A stretch of DNA of 63,715 bases, taken from the IMG/VR virus record IMGVR_UViG_3300037089_000135; one strand, written 5' to 3'. The translations under genes were made by a program, and so were the position numbers. This document shows positions 51,874 to 62,129 of the stretch, in pieces. The DNA comes from an uncultured virus (IMG/VR IMGVR_UViG_3300037089_000135) (Duplodnaviria; Heunggongvirae; Uroviricota; Caudoviricetes). Each line of letters starts with the position of its first letter. Within the stretch, counting starts at the first letter, position 1. Under the pieces are notes generated by a model. The model was given only the letters and a program-made list of their open reading frames with translations. It made no database searches and had not been told where the DNA came from.

Positions 51874-52656
51874 CTAAACTATAGCTTTCTTTACTAAGGT
51901 CCCGTTTGCGAGGACTGTATACCCCTCCGGGATCTTAACAAGTTTTCCATCCTTATTAATCGTATATCCTACTGGCACAACGTATACGCCATCAGGTACC
52001 GATTTATCAAGAATCATATCTTTATCTAATGTTATACAGAATGAAAGAGGATCTTCTGCAACTTTTTGTGGTACGGATACATTAAGATACTGATTAATTG
52101 CAAACTGTCCTATTGCTAAAGTTTCTGATTCTGTTACAGGATGATTTCCGGAATTTGTATTGATTACACTTCCTGAGAAAGTAGCGTTTCCGCCTCCATT
52201 GACCTTATTATCCATAATGATTAAACTGTCTATAGATACATCGGTTGTGACGACGTTTGCACTTCCAGTGAAATTCCCGGTTATATCAGTAGCTTCTAGC
52301 CTATGTTTATATCCAGCACTATATACTCCTATAGAATATTTATTGCTAAATGGCTGCCCTTTTATGCTCTTTAAAGCTTCTACTGTATAAGAGCTTGTAT
52401 AATGCATTTCGGTTGTTCCATCTTCCCATGTAGTTTCGAACTTGTAGTTTACAATACCGTTATTCACGGACGCTACATCTGTAAATTTTCCTCCAAAGTT
52501 ATCTCTTTCTTCCATACTTCCGGTACCTATTATACTATTTGTAAATATATTAGAGTGACCGTATTGTGATCCTAATAGAAACATTATTATAACCAAAATT
52601 ATTAAAAGAATTCCGGCTTTAGCTAATGTATTTGCGTTAATGCATATGTCTGTCAT
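51874..52656 (-). CDS. membrane-anchored or secreted protein
   Basis: N-terminal hydrophobic helix AGILLIILVIIMFLLG. Confidence 0.65.
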   Translation of the reverse strand: MTDICINANTLAKAGILLIILVIIMFLLGSQYGHSNIFTNSIIGTGSMEERDNFGGKFTDVASVNNGIVNYKFETTWEDGTTEMHYTSSYTVEALKSIKGQPFSNKYSIGVYSAGYKHRLEATDITGNFTGSANVVTTDVSIDSLIIMDNKVNGGGNATFSGSVINTNSGNHPVTESETLAIGQFAINQYLNVSVPQKVAEDPLSFCITLDKDMILDKSVPDGVYVVPVGYTINKDGKLVKIPEGYTVLANGTLVKKAIV

Positions 52657-52797
52657 TTAAAAATTACCTCATTGGTGCTACTCCAGTCGTTACTAAAAAA
52701 AGTAATACGCTTGATATTATTCCTAAAATTCTATACTTAGAGATCATTTAAGATCTTTACTCCGGCCTTGCGTTTTGCCATTTCAATTCATCTCCGA

Positions 52798-53529
52798 TTA
52801 AATCCCTTTGTTATCAAACATATCCCTGGTAAAATAAGGATCTACTGGTAACATGAAAGGTTTTGTTATGCTGATTCCAGGGGCAAAAGACCAAATTAAT
52901 TTATTAAACGCGGCTCTAGGCGCGGTTGTAGCTGCCCTGGAGAAAGATACACCCGGTGCGGTTGTTTCGCTTGGATTATTCCAATCTGGATTTCCCATTT
53001 CTATGTAATCCCTGATCAAGTGTGCTAGAGCAGTATGCCTTGTAAGGAGATCCATATTAGCGATTCCTTTGGTTCGTAACGTATTTTTTAGCTCCACTGT
53101 AGCTCTTTCTAGGTGATGTGAAAAATCTAAGAATGAAATATAATCAATACTTAATGCGTCTTCTCCGGTATTGGTACCATCATAGGCTTCAAGTTCACTT
53201 TGAACTGTGACATCTTTATACCAAACTTTGAAAGCTGCGATTGTATCCTGTACTGGAGGTTGGAACATCTCGTATACTCTGATGGTCCTGAGACTGCCTG
53301 TACGCTTCCTAGAACCCCATTCGATGTATGTTTGGAGTACATAGGTCCCGGACTGGTCTAAGTCGTCGTCTTGGGTCGTATACGTAATCGTAGAGGAATC
53401 GTACTTAGTTCCGATCCACTCGGCAACGGATAAATCAGGTTTTTGCACGTATATTTTAAGTAGCGTGGCCTGATCTACGTTAGCTCCAATGTGAATCTTA
53501 ATCTCTCTTGTATCATTTTTATAAAGCAT
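52798..53529 (-). CDS. BppU-like domain fused to a head-tail-adaptor-like region
   Basis: KPD...W, DLDQSGTY.LQ motif; C-terminal AHL..GVSFS. Confidence 0.5.
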   Translation of the reverse strand: MLYKNDTREIKIHIGANVDQATLLKIYVQKPDLSVAEWIGTKYDSSTITYTTQDDDLDQSGTYVLQTYIEWGSRKRTGSLRTIRVYEMFQPPVQDTIAAFKVWYKDVTVQSELEAYDGTNTGEDALSIDYISFLDFSHHLERATVELKNTLRTKGIANMDLLTRHTALAHLIRDYIEMGNPDWNNPSETTAPGVSFSRAATTAPRAAFNKLIWSFAPGISITKPFMLPVDPYFTRDMFDNKGI

Positions 53530-53537
53530 AATTCCAC

Positions 53538-55862
53538 CTACAAATTGAGTACGTCATCTATATTCTCTGCATTTAATTCTATATCTTCTATATTATCATC
53601 ATATAGGTCTATTTCGTCACTATCGATTAAATCATAAAGTACTGTTATTTCTACCGAATTTATATTAGGAATAACCTTACAATATGCCTTAGATTCAGTA
53701 CTTAATTTTTTAAGTATTTTCATATTGCTATCTGAGATAGTACATGCTTTTGATTCCATCGTAAATCGAGTAAATGGAATCCTGAATGATATAGCGAAAG
53801 CCGTATTTCCGGATGCTGTTGATACTATTGAATAATTAAAACATAATTTTAAATAGTCGTCGCTAACACCTGTTGCGGGCGAACTCATTTCGCCTCTATG
53901 CAGGGCTTTCAAAGTTGCATCTGATGCTCCAATTACATTCGCATTAAATGCATTTCTATGTATTGCTTTAAATGCTACTTGATCATTTCCGATAGCGATA
54001 GCACTTATTGAACCTCTATGATTGCTTTTTAAGGTTATAGTGCTTCCTCCGGCTTCTATTGAACTCATTGCACCATGATGCAGGGCTTTCATTACATCAG
54101 CGTGTTTTCCTATGCTACTTGATGTGAGGCTTCCGCGATGTGCGGCTTTCATAGTGCTTGAGCTACTTCCGGTTTCCTTTGAACTAACTGATCCATGATG
54201 CAAAGCTTTTTCGTTTGCGCTGGAGCTGCTAATAATGTTTGCGTGAAATCCTGCATGATGTAAAGCTTTTTCATTGACTGTTAGGTTTCCGAGGATACTT
54301 GAGACTATTGATTCTTCTGCTAACGTTTTTTTGGATGCACTTGCATATCCGATTCCAGTGGAACTCATTGCAAAGTGAACGTATCCTATAACAAATAATC
54401 TGATATAGGCGCTCGAATAACCGGCTTCTTTGGATGCTATAGCCCAATGAACTAAGCTTTTGTGAGTTGCTGAGGATATGCCGTATGCTTTACTTTCTAT
54501 GGTCATTTTTCGAGCCATCTTCATACTAGGTGATGAGTAATATCCGTCTTCCGAGGATGCCCACGCTGACCTATGTAAAGCTTTTAGTTGCCCGGCTGCG
54601 TACCCGTATCCAGGAGTAGAAAATGCGCTTTTATGCAGGGCCTTAGATGATATAGTTGTATTACCGTATTCTATAGAACTCATCGCGTTCCTATGCAACG
54701 CTTTCTCGGATATGATAAAATTGGCTATTTCGATTGCGGACATTGCAGCTCTATGTAATGCTTTTTCTGATATCGTTGTAGCTCCATTTGCTGTAATAGC
54801 TGCGACTGTAAGTTCATAAAATGCGGCTGCGAGAGCACTTATATGTACTGATGCATATCCGAGTGATGCTGATGAGAATGCAGCTCTATGTAATGCTTTG
54901 TTACTTATTATAGAATTTCCAATGATAGTTGATGATAGTGCTCCTCGATGTAGTGCTTTTTCTGATATTGTGGAATTTACTATTTCAATTGATGCCCACG
55001 TAGACTTATGCAATGCTTTGTTACTTATAATTTCTTTTCCTAGTCCTAATGAACTAAATGCATTTTTATGTAATGTCCTATCGTATGCCGTACCTTTTCC
55101 AATGATAGATGATACCGCGCATGATTGTCTTAATATTCCGGCCTCAATAGCTGCGGCTTTTCCAATCGCAGATGAGACTGTTATCGTTAATTCGTAGGGA
55201 CCATCCGCCACACTTGGTGCAAAAGACACGCCAGACATGGCCCACTTGGTATTGCTCGCCGCAGAAAGGGTGAATCCCACTGACTTCGATCCTGCAGGGG
55301 TTTGAGCGGCGTTGGTATCTTCCACGGCCATTTTAACGTAGGTTGAATACACGTTTACGTTGCCGCGTGCTGTCTGAAGCGCGGCTATCGAAACACCAGA
55401 TACTTTTCTTACTCCACCAACTGCAAAAATCCAGCAGTTGTCGGACTGAGTAACGACATTGAAAGATTGTGCTCCACCAGTTGTAGTTCCGACTGCACCG
55501 CCAACAGCGTCAAGTGAATCGACCTGAGCGCATCCAGTGTAGGAAGCACTTACTCCACCAGAATAGGGAGTAGCGCCAGTAATAGTTGCGGAAACGGCAT
55601 GAGTTCCAGAATCGGGATTTTTCAGAAACCAAATACTAGACTCTAAATAATAATTGGATTGCTCCGCCTGGTCATAGCGGGCGCGAACCATTGCCACGCC
55701 ATTGTACGTAACATCGCTGACCGAGGGTTGACCTGATAATTTATAGGCCAAAATGCCTACAACAAGCAAACGATTGGCACCAGATCCAACGGTGTGATTC
55801 CACGCCAATGTTCCTGTATCTGATGCCGCGCTAGATGTGGCCGCGTCAAGTGAAATTGCCAT
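53538..55862 (-). CDS. long fibre-like protein with 20-aa KALH repeats
   Basis: N-terminal beta-sandwich followed by many (E/N/M)KALH repeats with 20-aa period. Confidence 0.7.
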   Translation of the reverse strand: MAISLDAATSSAASDTGTLAWNHTVGSGANRLLVVGILAYKLSGQPSVSDVTYNGVAMVRARYDQAEQSNYYLESSIWFLKNPDSGTHAVSATITGATPYSGGVSASYTGCAQVDSLDAVGGAVGTTTGGAQSFNVVTQSDNCWIFAVGGVRKVSGVSIAALQTARGNVNVYSTYVKMAVEDTNAAQTPAGSKSVGFTLSAASNTKWAMSGVSFAPSVADGPYELTITVSSAIGKAAAIEAGILRQSCAVSSIIGKGTAYDRTLHKNAFSSLGLGKEIISNKALHKSTWASIEIVNSTISEKALHRGALSSTIIGNSIISNKALHRAAFSSASLGYASVHISALAAAFYELTVAAITANGATTISEKALHRAAMSAIEIANFIISEKALHRNAMSSIEYGNTTISSKALHKSAFSTPGYGYAAGQLKALHRSAWASSEDGYYSSPSMKMARKMTIESKAYGISSATHKSLVHWAIASKEAGYSSAYIRLFVIGYVHFAMSSTGIGYASASKKTLAEESIVSSILGNLTVNEKALHHAGFHANIISSSSANEKALHHGSVSSKETGSSSSTMKAAHRGSLTSSSIGKHADVMKALHHGAMSSIEAGGSTITLKSNHRGSISAIAIGNDQVAFKAIHRNAFNANVIGASDATLKALHRGEMSSPATGVSDDYLKLCFNYSIVSTASGNTAFAISFRIPFTRFTMESKACTISDSNMKILKKLSTESKAYCKVIPNINSVEITVLYDLIDSDEIDLYDDNIEDIELNAENIDDVLNL

Positions 55863-56020
55863 TAGTTATATCCCCCCAATAGTTTTGTATCTGTCACAAT
55901 TACTCCCAGATTGACCAAAAGAAGCCGATTGGTATCGGATCCAACCGTATATGACCACGTTCTTGGTGAAGATCCATAATCAATTGTGCGTGATGTAGAA
56001 TTATCAAATGTTATAGCCAT
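55862..56020 (-). pseudogene. 52-aa truncated paralog of the N-terminus of 53538..55862
   Basis: MAITFDNSTS..TWSYTVGSDTNRLLLVNL vs MAISLDAATS..AWNHTVGSGANRLLVVGI. Confidence 0.75.
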
Positions 56021-56089
56021 ATTTTAGACCCCTGACGAATTTACCTAACAGGTAATAATCAGAAAAAAGAATTAAGAAAGATACTGGTT

Positions 56090-56509
56090 TTATACGCCGG
56101 CTAACGCTATGTTGATATCGGCTAATGGTGCGAAATATACCGTGTCACCAGCGTCAATGGCTCTTGAATTCGAGATAGTTCCCCATAATAGCGTATTCGT
56201 ATTTCCAGTTGCTTGATCGGAAATAAATGCTACTGTTGGAGTACCCCATGATCCTGTTGCTGGAGGAAATATAATGTTAATATTTACGAACTTCGCACCA
56301 AGGCTTGCAGCCGGGAAATTTTGTACGTTATTCGTAAATGCTACTCTGGCATAATTTTGACCAGATGGTTCACCTGTTACTTCACCAGTATCCGCGACGG
56401 AGGTTGCCAGTCCCACATAAAGGGTAGCTGGAGGTGTCCAAGCGACTACGCTAAAAGCATGATCCATAGCTTTATTACGTAGCCACGCGCACCAATAATA
56501 CGTTGTCAT
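56090..56509 (-). CDS. small tail-fibre/collar protein
   Basis: LYVGL, E..G.NYARV, FP.ATGSWGT, GDTV.F. Confidence 0.75.
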   Translation of the reverse strand: MTTYYWCAWLRNKAMDHAFSVVAWTPPATLYVGLATSVADTGEVTGEPSGQNYARVAFTNNVQNFPAASLGAKFVNINIIFPPATGSWGTPTVAFISDQATGNTNTLLWGTISNSRAIDAGDTVYFAPLADINIALAGV

Positions 56510-56541
56510 ATTTATTCACCTTTTATTTTTTTTTTATTTAT

Positions 56542-57216
56542 TTATTCTATACAGTCAGGCCAATATACGCATTTTCCAATATGGCCTAATCGCAATTTTC
56601 CATCAATGTAAATTTTAAAGCCTAGTTCTCTGGCTCTATGACAAAATGCATAATCCTCGCTTAAGTACGTGCCTTCTGGATAGAATGGTTGGAACATCGG
56701 ATAAAATAAACAATTTGGAGTTCCATCTTTCTTTACTCCAGCACCAGAGTCTACTTTTGGCAACGTTTTAGCAACTGCCTCGATAACAGTTCTTGGGATA
56801 GACATGAATCCGGCCCCGGCATATTTTACTTCAATTAGTCCGGGTGAATCGGGTCCTATTGCTATCGGATCATTGTTAAGGTAATGAATTGCTAATCTGT
56901 GCTCTTTAATATTCTTGATTCTGTAAGCACCACATACAACAGTTTTATTTTCAAGAGAATCCATAACTACTTGCTTTATTGCATCGGGGTTCCAAACTAG
57001 ATCGTCATCTATAAACAGTAAAACATCAAATTTATCTTTATTTTCTAAGAATTCTGTAGCTACTATAGACCTAGCTCTGTCAATTTGAGCATCTCCTTCA
57101 TGCCCGAATGCTACTTGAAAATCTGGATTTGATTCCATCCAAGTGCCAAATACAGAGTCAACAGTTTTCCAATCCGGTTCTCTTATACTGCATACATTAA
57201 TTAATACCTTTGTCAT
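56542..57216 (-). CDS. GT-A (GT2-like) glycosyltransferase
   Basis: IDRAR, LLFIDDD, GAGFM.I.R, SEDYAFC, GHIG. Confidence 0.85.
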   Translation of the reverse strand: MTKVLINVCSIREPDWKTVDSVFGTWMESNPDFQVAFGHEGDAQIDRARSIVATEFLENKDKFDVLLFIDDDLVWNPDAIKQVVMDSLENKTVVCGAYRIKNIKEHRLAIHYLNNDPIAIGPDSPGLIEVKYAGAGFMSIPRTVIEAVAKTLPKVDSGAGVKKDGTPNCLFYPMFQPFYPEGTYLSEDYAFCHRARELGFKIYIDGKLRLGHIGKCVYWPDCIE

Positions 57217-57237
57217 TTAAATTACATCCTTTAAAAT

Positions 57238-58879
57238 TTAAGTTAACATTGAGCCATAACCACTTTCTGTTGATCCAAATAACCATGTAGAAAGTGTGCC
57301 GTGTGCTCCTCCGACTGATGGTTTTACACTTATTTGTAGTGCATCGAAATGCCCATAAGAAGAAATATCAACTCTTGTAGGGGCTGCTCCGGCTGTTAAT
57401 ACGGTTTCCTGAATAACAGTAAACGGAAACGTTTTACCTTGATCTCTCGATCCATCTACTTTGATGGTAAGATTATGTGTTATGGCCGCAAACATTATAT
57501 CTTTATATCGTAACATTTCGACCGGCCAAAAGTCTATAGCTATAGCCTTGTCAGATGTCCAATGTAAAGGAACTACCACATACGTATCAACGTTTGTAAG
57601 TAGATCATCTACAAGTGGTCTATCTGTAAACGGTTTAATTTCTAGCTTCATAATAATAACCTCAAAAAATTTAAAAAGATTATTATTTATGCAGTTAGAT
57701 CATTAAACAGCACAAGTAATGTATCTCCAGTTGTGTTAGTGGAAGAAGTTGTAATCTTACCGGCTCCAACAGTACATTCAGCTTTAATATCCGTAACTGC
57801 GGAAACCTTATTACCGCTTGCGGTTGTTCCAGTATCAACTTCAATATCGAATCTGATTACTGCGATTAACTGATCACCAACAGCAATTCCGGTAACGTTA
57901 ATATCACCGGCTGTTGATCCAGCTACGACAACTCCCTTAACTCCTTTGAACACTAAGTCGGAGACAGGAATTCCGCCACCCGGCTTCTGATAAGCGGTAC
58001 CGGCTGCTGTCAAATTGGATTGTACTCCAGTTGCCAGATCGGTTGCAGGGATACCATTTGTAGGCTTAACGTATGCGTCGTTAACGCCCTGGTAAACCAT
58101 AATTTTCTTACCGGGGAAGAATCTAATTTCACCGACAGTTGCAGATTTAACTTGAACTACGCCTACTTTCTGTTTAATAACAGTATCAGGAGTTGTAGGA
58201 ACTGTGCTAAATCCACCGGCTGTAGTGCTAAGATATACAATGTCACTTACAGTGTAAGCGTTAGTATTTAGATCTCCAATAACGGCTACAGTTGCAGCTT
58301 GTCCGGTATCTCCATTGTCAATATCTTCGATTAGAACTAAATCGGCGGCAATAGGTGCGTCGGCATCTGCCTTTGCTACTATCGGATATCCGCTAGTTGC
58401 ATCATAACCGGAAATATATACTAGCATACCTTTTGTAAAGTTGCCTCCGGACTTATTTGCAACATACATAACTTCGCCCTGGACATCAGTGACCTCCAGT
58501 TCTTGAGTTATGACTTTATCGAAGGCTACAGCGCCCTCGAATCTTTGACTAATTGCGTTTCCCATTAATATCACCATAAATAAATTTTAACCGGGATTTA
58601 AGTTTCCCCGGAAGCTACAGGAACTATGGCAGTAATTTTCTTTTTGGATGCTGTTTTCTTTTTTAGATTTCTCTTTTTGATAGCTCTGCCAACCATATCA
58701 TTACCTACATCGGCATCAGTATCGGCATCGTCTTCTTGAATTAATTTTTCAAGATATCCGGAGCTAACCATTTTGTCAAGATTCATCCATTCTTTAACGT
58801 CTTCCGCCGTTAGTTTCTTACCAACTGGAAATAGCTGGCCTCTACCCTTGAATTGTATTTTTACTAAATATGAAACCAT
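57238..58879 (-). CDS. three head-region structural proteins (57238..57651, 57687..58577, 58598..58879)
   Basis: Downstream of the capsid gene; 57687..58577 resembles head decoration/fibre proteins. Confidence 0.5.
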
Positions 58880-58890
58880 TAAAATCTCTC

Positions 58891-59382
58891 CTAAGTTTTA
58901 TTTATGCACGCAAATTCGCCATGATAGATTTTAGCTGCTTGATTATACGCATTTGCAGCATCTTTTTCTAATTTAAAATATCCTAGATAAATTCGCTTTC
59001 CTTTGATTCTTATTCTTGATTGCCACTGTTGTTTTCCTTTGTGCCATATGACTCCTTTATATATTGAAGTTTGATTTTCAGTTTTGTTAGGAGTTCTATT
59101 TTGGCAATTCTCATTTTTAGTGGCTAGTCTTAGATTAGATCTTTGATTATTTAGACCGTTATGATCTATATGATCAACAAATTCTCCAGGCATTAGTGTT
59201 CGTTTAAGTATTCGTTCTAATATCAATCTATGCATACGAACATGTTTATGTCCTTTACATGCATAAAATTGAATACCTTGTTTGATAGTAAACCATTTTA
59301 ATATAGATAAATCTATATCTATATCATCTATCATAGCTGTTTTGCTTTGCGTAAGTTTAATTTCAATCATCATACCCTCCAA
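58891..59382 (-). CDS. HNH-AP2 endonuclease
   Basis: MHRLI, VDHIDHNGLNNQRSNLR, YKGV.W, LGYF...AA.AYN. Confidence 0.9.
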   Translation of the reverse strand: MEGMMIEIKLTQSKTAMIDDIDIDLSILKWFTIKQGIQFYACKGHKHVRMHRLILERILKRTLMPGEFVDHIDHNGLNNQRSNLRLATKNENCQNRTPNKTENQTSIYKGVIWHKGKQQWQSRIRIKGKRIYLGYFKLEKDAANAYNQAAKIYHGEFACINKT

Positions 59383-59428
59383 AATTACTTAATGTCATTA
59401 GGTGCTCATGAGATATAAACTTATCTGT

Positions 59429-60454
59429 TTAAGGAGTTAATACGCCTTTGATAAACGCTCCGGTGCTAGGTGATATGATCTTTTGATCGTAGCATAGCAA
59501 CCCTTGTGTGTAATCAACCTTACATCTTGGATCTGGGAATTTCTGGATAGAGATATCGTATCCTGCGCTCAGTCCGGTAAAGTTGAAAGTGTATCCGGAC
59601 GCGGGCATCATCATACTCGGGGATGCTGGCACGTATCCAATCCAGGCACCATCGCTAAAGATCCAATCGAAGTCGGTATCTGTGGCATCATCTGCCATTG
59701 TCATACCTTCCTCCGTGGTTGCATGTAGGGCCTGGGCCACGTAAAGCTTCTGGAGGCCAAAGACCTTTGCAAGCATATCTTCCGTTACAAGAGGTACCTG
59801 AGTATACTTGAAGTAATCCTTGATGATAGGATGCAGTCTCAGAGCATTAAATACCCTAAGTGGAAGAACCAGAGTGTTAGGTGAGAACAAACTATCTCTC
59901 TTGATACCTTCACAGATTTTTACTACATCTGCTACTGGATTGCTGTCAATCGGATCATCCCAATAAACTACCTGCGTGCTGTTAGGACCGGAAGCGACTC
60001 CGGTAAGGTCTGCGCCCCAAATTCCATCCTTAAAAAAGTTTGTTGCAAACTCTTCTTCCCTACCAATTAATAGGGATCGGGTGATGAATTCGGAAACAGA
60101 TCTGTCGAAATTAACTTGGGAATCTGCGTGCATTGCGATATCCCATCTTAATGGGTGCTCGAATGCGCGGAACTCACAAGAATATTCCGGAGTGCTGTCC
60201 AGGTCGAAGCTGGACTGTGGCATAGGAGTGCCAGGAATCCACTTGCGGCCTCTAGCTCGGGCGAATGCGTCGCGAGCGAACCTGTAGTACTTACCAGTTT
60301 GCTTTGGTACTGGTATCTTGGGGAAAACCTTGTCGGCTATAAATTCATCAAGGTTCTGCATGTAGGCCACTGAAAATGCAGACAGTGGCAGATTGACATG
60401 GATATCCCCCATGTCATAGGATTTGCGGATTTGTTCTGGTATTGCGCTTCTCAT
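59429..60454 (-). CDS. major capsid protein (HK97 fold)
   Basis: LS.FSVAY.Q...FIADKVFP.IPV, W.D...SNP.AD, PNTLV, L..HP.I, GYTF; follows scaffold and cement genes. Confidence 0.88.
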   Translation of the reverse strand: MRSAIPEQIRKSYDMGDIHVNLPLSAFSVAYMQNLDEFIADKVFPKIPVPKQTGKYYRFARDAFARARGRKWIPGTPMPQSSFDLDSTPEYSCEFRAFEHPLRWDIAMHADSQVNFDRSVSEFITRSLLIGREEEFATNFFKDGIWGADLTGVASGPNSTQVVYWDDPIDSNPVADVVKICEGIKRDSLFSPNTLVLPLRVFNALRLHPIIKDYFKYTQVPLVTEDMLAKVFGLQKLYVAQALHATTEEGMTMADDATDTDFDWIFSDGAWIGYVPASPSMMMPASGYTFNFTGLSAGYDISIQKFPDPRCKVDYTQGLLCYDQKIISPSTGAFIKGVLTP

Positions 60455-60502
60455 ATTAATTCACCATTTAATAATTTATATTGTTAAACCTTAAAGTGTA
60501 AT

Positions 60503-60901
60503 TTATACACTTAAGGTATGTAGGATACCGCCCTCGACGGTAACAGTTGCTAGATCATCTTCGGATGCAGTTCCGGCATGTAATGTCTGCCCAAGAACGA
60601 TAGCCTTATCAGCGGAACGTGCGACGGCTCTACCATCACTATTAGATCCATACTGAGTGTTAATGGCTAATCCGGCGCTAGATACTCGGACCTTGGATAT
60701 TCCGCCAACTCTGACCATTGCTACTTCGCCCTTATTCGGTTTGTTCTGAAGAATGCCGAAAGGTGTTTCTGCATCATCACAAATTTCTACTTCAGTTGCA
60801 GATTTTACATTTACAATGAAGTACTGCTTAAATCTTAGATCGTCAGCGGCGACGAAAAAAGACCAGTCTTTACTATTGAGTTCAAATTGAGCATCGCTCA
60901 T
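60503..60901 (-). CDS. capsid cement/decoration protein 2
   Basis: PFGILQNKP..G..A.VR..G.SK. Confidence 0.75.
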   Translation of the reverse strand: MSDAQFELNSKDWSFFVAADDLRFKQYFIVNVKSATEVEICDDAETPFGILQNKPNKGEVAMVRVGGISKVRVSSAGLAINTQYGSNSDGRAVARSADKAIVLGQTLHAGTASEDDLATVTVEGGILHTLSV

Positions 60902-60924
60902 AATTAATCACCTTAATATAATAT

Positions 60925-61344
60925 TTATGTCTTGCTTATAGTGGACTTAACGCCACCTTTTACGATTACTGTTGCCAACCGATGTAATTTCCCTGCGGTT
61001 GCAGCCATCAGAACTTCTCCGAGTACCATATTGGTATCTGCGGTTTTAGCGACACCGTGAGCAGTAGCATCAGCGCCATAGTGGTCGCCAACTGCTAAGC
61101 CTCCAGTGTTAACACGAAGCTTTGAAACGCCATCTATTCTAACAACTGCCATCTGTCCGGCTACTGGCTTATTTTGCAATATGCCAAAAGGTACGGTGCT
61201 TGCTGTTGCTGGAATAATGTAAGTGCCATCTCTCTGACTGACAATATGATATTGATAGTCACTCAGGTCAACGTAAGCTGCAAAAAGAGAAGTATCGGCA
61301 GGCTTTCCACCTTCGCCGGTGTTAGATTCGAATAAAGCTGCCAT
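60925..61344 (-). CDS. capsid cement/decoration protein 1
   Basis: Paralog of 60503..60901. Confidence 0.75.
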   Translation of the reverse strand: MAALFESNTGEGGKPADTSLFAAYVDLSDYQYHIVSQRDGTYIIPATASTVPFGILQNKPVAGQMAVVRIDGVSKLRVNTGGLAVGDHYGADATAHGVAKTADTNMVLGEVLMAATAGKLHRLATVIVKGGVKSTISKT

Positions 61345-61355
61345 TTAAATCACCA

Positions 61356-62129
61356 TTAATGTTGTCTCATTTCTCTCTGGTATTGATCATACCAATCAAC
61401 ATGCTCTCCCCATACTTGAGCTTCTGCCATTGCCTTCGTAAGAGATCCAGCGGACTTCGCAATTCTGTCATTAACTAACGCATTTACTTTTTCTACGACA
61501 GAACCGGGTATAACACCGGACTTACCAATTTCGGTATATGCAGTTGCATCGATCCTATCTGAAGCGGCCTTAAGGAATCCTGTAATTTTTCCGAATGTCT
61601 CTGGAGCAACTTTCTCAGATATTTCTTTCATTACCGGCCCTAACTCGGCTGCGGGTGCAATCCTGGAGTAATCCCTTTCAGCGATATCTACGTGTTCCTT
61701 AGTGACTCTTGCATTAAGTTCAACTTGCAGAGCCTTTTCAAGAGCTACGTTCTTTTCGACTGTAGCGGCGGACTTTTTCATTTCTTCTTTGCGCTCTGCC
61801 TCGGACTTCTCATAAGCCTTGGTGAGAACTTCTAGCTTCTCATTAAAGGACTTCTCAAGGTCGTCAACGGACTTTGCTACAGGAAATGGAAGTTTTCCTT
61901 TCTTCTTTGCAGGTCCTTTTGCGTCTGCGGGATCGCATTCTTCGTCGTCCATTTCTTCGTCATCCATCTCTTCATCTACTGGTTTCTTTGCTGCTGCTTT
62001 TTCAATATTCTTCATATTATCTTCCTCATCGTTTTCATCTATTGATTTAAATATAATCACTTTGTTGTTCGCGCCTTTTTTGACATAAGAGACTTCTTCA
62101 ACCTCTACGTCAGTTAAAATTCTTGGCAT
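61356..62129 (-). CDS. scaffold protein with protease-like N-terminus
   Basis: EEVSYVKKGAN start, acidic tract, coiled coil. Confidence 0.7.
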   Translation of the reverse strand: MPRILTDVEVEEVSYVKKGANNKVIIFKSIDENDEEDNMKNIEKAAAKKPVDEEMDDEEMDDEECDPADAKGPAKKKGKLPFPVAKSVDDLEKSFNEKLEVLTKAYEKSEAERKEEMKKSAATVEKNVALEKALQVELNARVTKEHVDIAERDYSRIAPAAELGPVMKEISEKVAPETFGKITGFLKAASDRIDATAYTEIGKSGVIPGSVVEKVNALVNDRIAKSAGSLTKAMAEAQVWGEHVDWYDQYQREMRQH

